Source: Rhabdothermincola salaria
GTDB taxonomy: Bacteria; Actinomycetota; Acidimicrobiia; Acidimicrobiales; Acidimicrobilacustridaceae
Assembly (NCBI RefSeq): GCF_021246445.1
Contig: NZ_JAJQXW010000002.1
Location: 496,001 to 560,000, forward strand
Reading direction: 5' to 3'
Length of the DNA: 64,000 bases
Below, in pieces: positions 62,950 to 64,000 of the stretch (its first letter is position 1; every line of letters starts with the position of its first letter). A model generated the notes under the pieces. It had not been told where the DNA came from. It made no database searches and saw only the letters and a program-made list of their open reading frames with translations. The position numbers and the translations under genes are program-made.

Positions 62950-64000
62950 CACGGGGGATCCTCCAGCGTGGTGGCGGGATCCAGACCGAGAGCGAGGGTT
63001 CCCAGGTGGTCGGCGCAGACGTCGCTCCGGGGCGGCATGACGGCGCCGAGGCGGGCGTCGCGCAGCATCCGCTCGAGCGGGTGGCCCCGCTGCAGCACCC
63101 GGAGCCCGCAGGCCTCGGCCACCGATCCGGCCGCGTCCATGGCGGCATCGCCGGCGAGCAGCTTGGCCCGGTAGACCCAGCGGTTCGTCTCCGGCTCGCC
63201 GGGTGCCCGGTCGACGGCGAGCGCCGCTCGTTCGACGGCCAGGACGGCCGCCTGAGCCGAGGCATCGGCGCGGCCGAGTCGGGAGCGGACGGCGCTGCTG
63301 ACGCCGGGGCGGTCCGTCAGCTCCTCCGCGCCCAGGCGCACGGCGGCCAGCGCCACGCCGGCGTAGACGGCGGCATAGGACGCGACGAGCCACTGGGGCA
63401 TCAGGTGGGCCAGGGCCACGGCGACGCCCTCGACGCCGAGGAGCGCCTGACGCGGCACCACGGTGTCGAGGGTGACGGTGAGGCTCTCGGTGGCGCGCAT
63501 CCCATGCGGATCCCATACCCCTGCCACCTCCACCCCATCGCCGGCGGGGACCAGGAAGTACGAGATCTTCCGGGGCTCGTCGCTCCGGGATCTCGCTGCC
63601 ACGAGGTAGGCGTCGGCGTGCGACGCCCCCGACGACGGCGACTTCACCCCCTGCAGCAGGTAGCCGTCGGGGTGGGGTTCGTAGGTGGTGCGGACCTGCG
63701 ACAGCCGTGAGCCGATGCCCGGTTCGCTGATGGCGACGGCGTGGAAGGACCCGTCGGCGGCGCGCCGCAGGGCCTGCTCGCGTTGGTCGCTGAAGTGCTC
63801 GTCGGCACCCAAGGCGGCGGCCACCTCGGGCGTGAGCCCGGCGAGGCCACCGGTGACCGACACGTGCATGTTGAACAGCAGGGCCGTGGCCGGGCTGGCT
63901 TCGGCGAGGACCATGGCCACCGCGACGTACTGGGCGAACCCGGCGCCGAGCCCGCCCATCTCCGTGGGCACCATCAGCCCGAGGAGGCCGGCGGCTCGCA
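62946..64000 (-). CDS. Acyl-CoA dehydrogenase-fold flavoprotein; 5' end outside window
   Basis: Frame open to the window edge (RAAGLLGLMVP.EMGGLG), FNMH, AISEPGIGS, LQGVK, WDPHGMRATES, LERMLRDAR. Confidence 0.88.
   Translation of the reverse strand, partial: RAAGLLGLMVPTEMGGLGAGFAQYVAVAMVLAEASPATALLFNMHVSVTGGLAGLTPEVAAALGADEHFSDQREQALRRAADGSFHAVAISEPGIGSRLSQVRTTYEPHPDGYLLQGVKSPSSGASHADAYLVAARSRSDEPRKISYFLVPAGDGVEVAGVWDPHGMRATESLTVTLDTVVPRQALLGVEGVAVALAHLMPQWLVASYAAVYAGVALAAVRLGAEELTDRPGVSSAVRSRLGRADASAQAAVLAVERAALAVDRAPGEPETNRWVYRAKLLAGDAAMDAAGSVAEACGLRVLQRGHPLERMLRDARLGAVMPPRSDVCADHLGTLALGLDPATTLEDPPW

Noticed and set aside
1..64000. tRNA, rRNA or riboswitch genes
   Set aside because: Intergenic gaps are short and none showed recognisable signatures by eye; an Infernal/Rfam scan would be needed to exclude small RNAs.

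Overview
Very GC-rich actinobacterial DNA; the gene repertoire is Acidimicrobiia-like (inference). About 35 densely packed CDS; I found no rRNA, tRNA, CRISPR array, transposase or phage genes. The main structure is a two-gene cassette present twice as diverged paralogs about 34.5 kb apart (3196-16447 and 37703-50931). Each copy is a ~910-aa AAA/STAND + LuxR-HTH (LAL-type) regulator followed by a ~3460-aa acidic, secreted, sortase-type-anchored protein. Each giant protein has an N-terminal head, exactly 12 Gly-X-Pro triplets, about 30 degenerate ~55-aa beta-strand repeats, an FN3 domain and a (DPT)n stalk. Both giant genes share the same promoter layout: a 16-bp imperfect palindrome abutting a -35, a 17-bp spacer, a -10, then 8 nt to GTG. 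Other read-outs: a shared ATCCG-N16-CGGAGTGGG motif linking a SigK/RskA-like locus (led by an untracked 35-aa ORF) to a His/Met-rich lipoprotein + cupredoxin operon that carries an exact 390-bp internal duplication; an IdeR/DtxR-like box before an adenylation-carrier-membrane acyltransferase fusion; a HATPase-MetOD1 gene missed by the ORF track; a CYTH / CHAD-RhoN pair; a 6TM channel with a non-canonical filter; and the end of a type III PKS operon. All family assignments are from motif recognition by eye; no searches were run.
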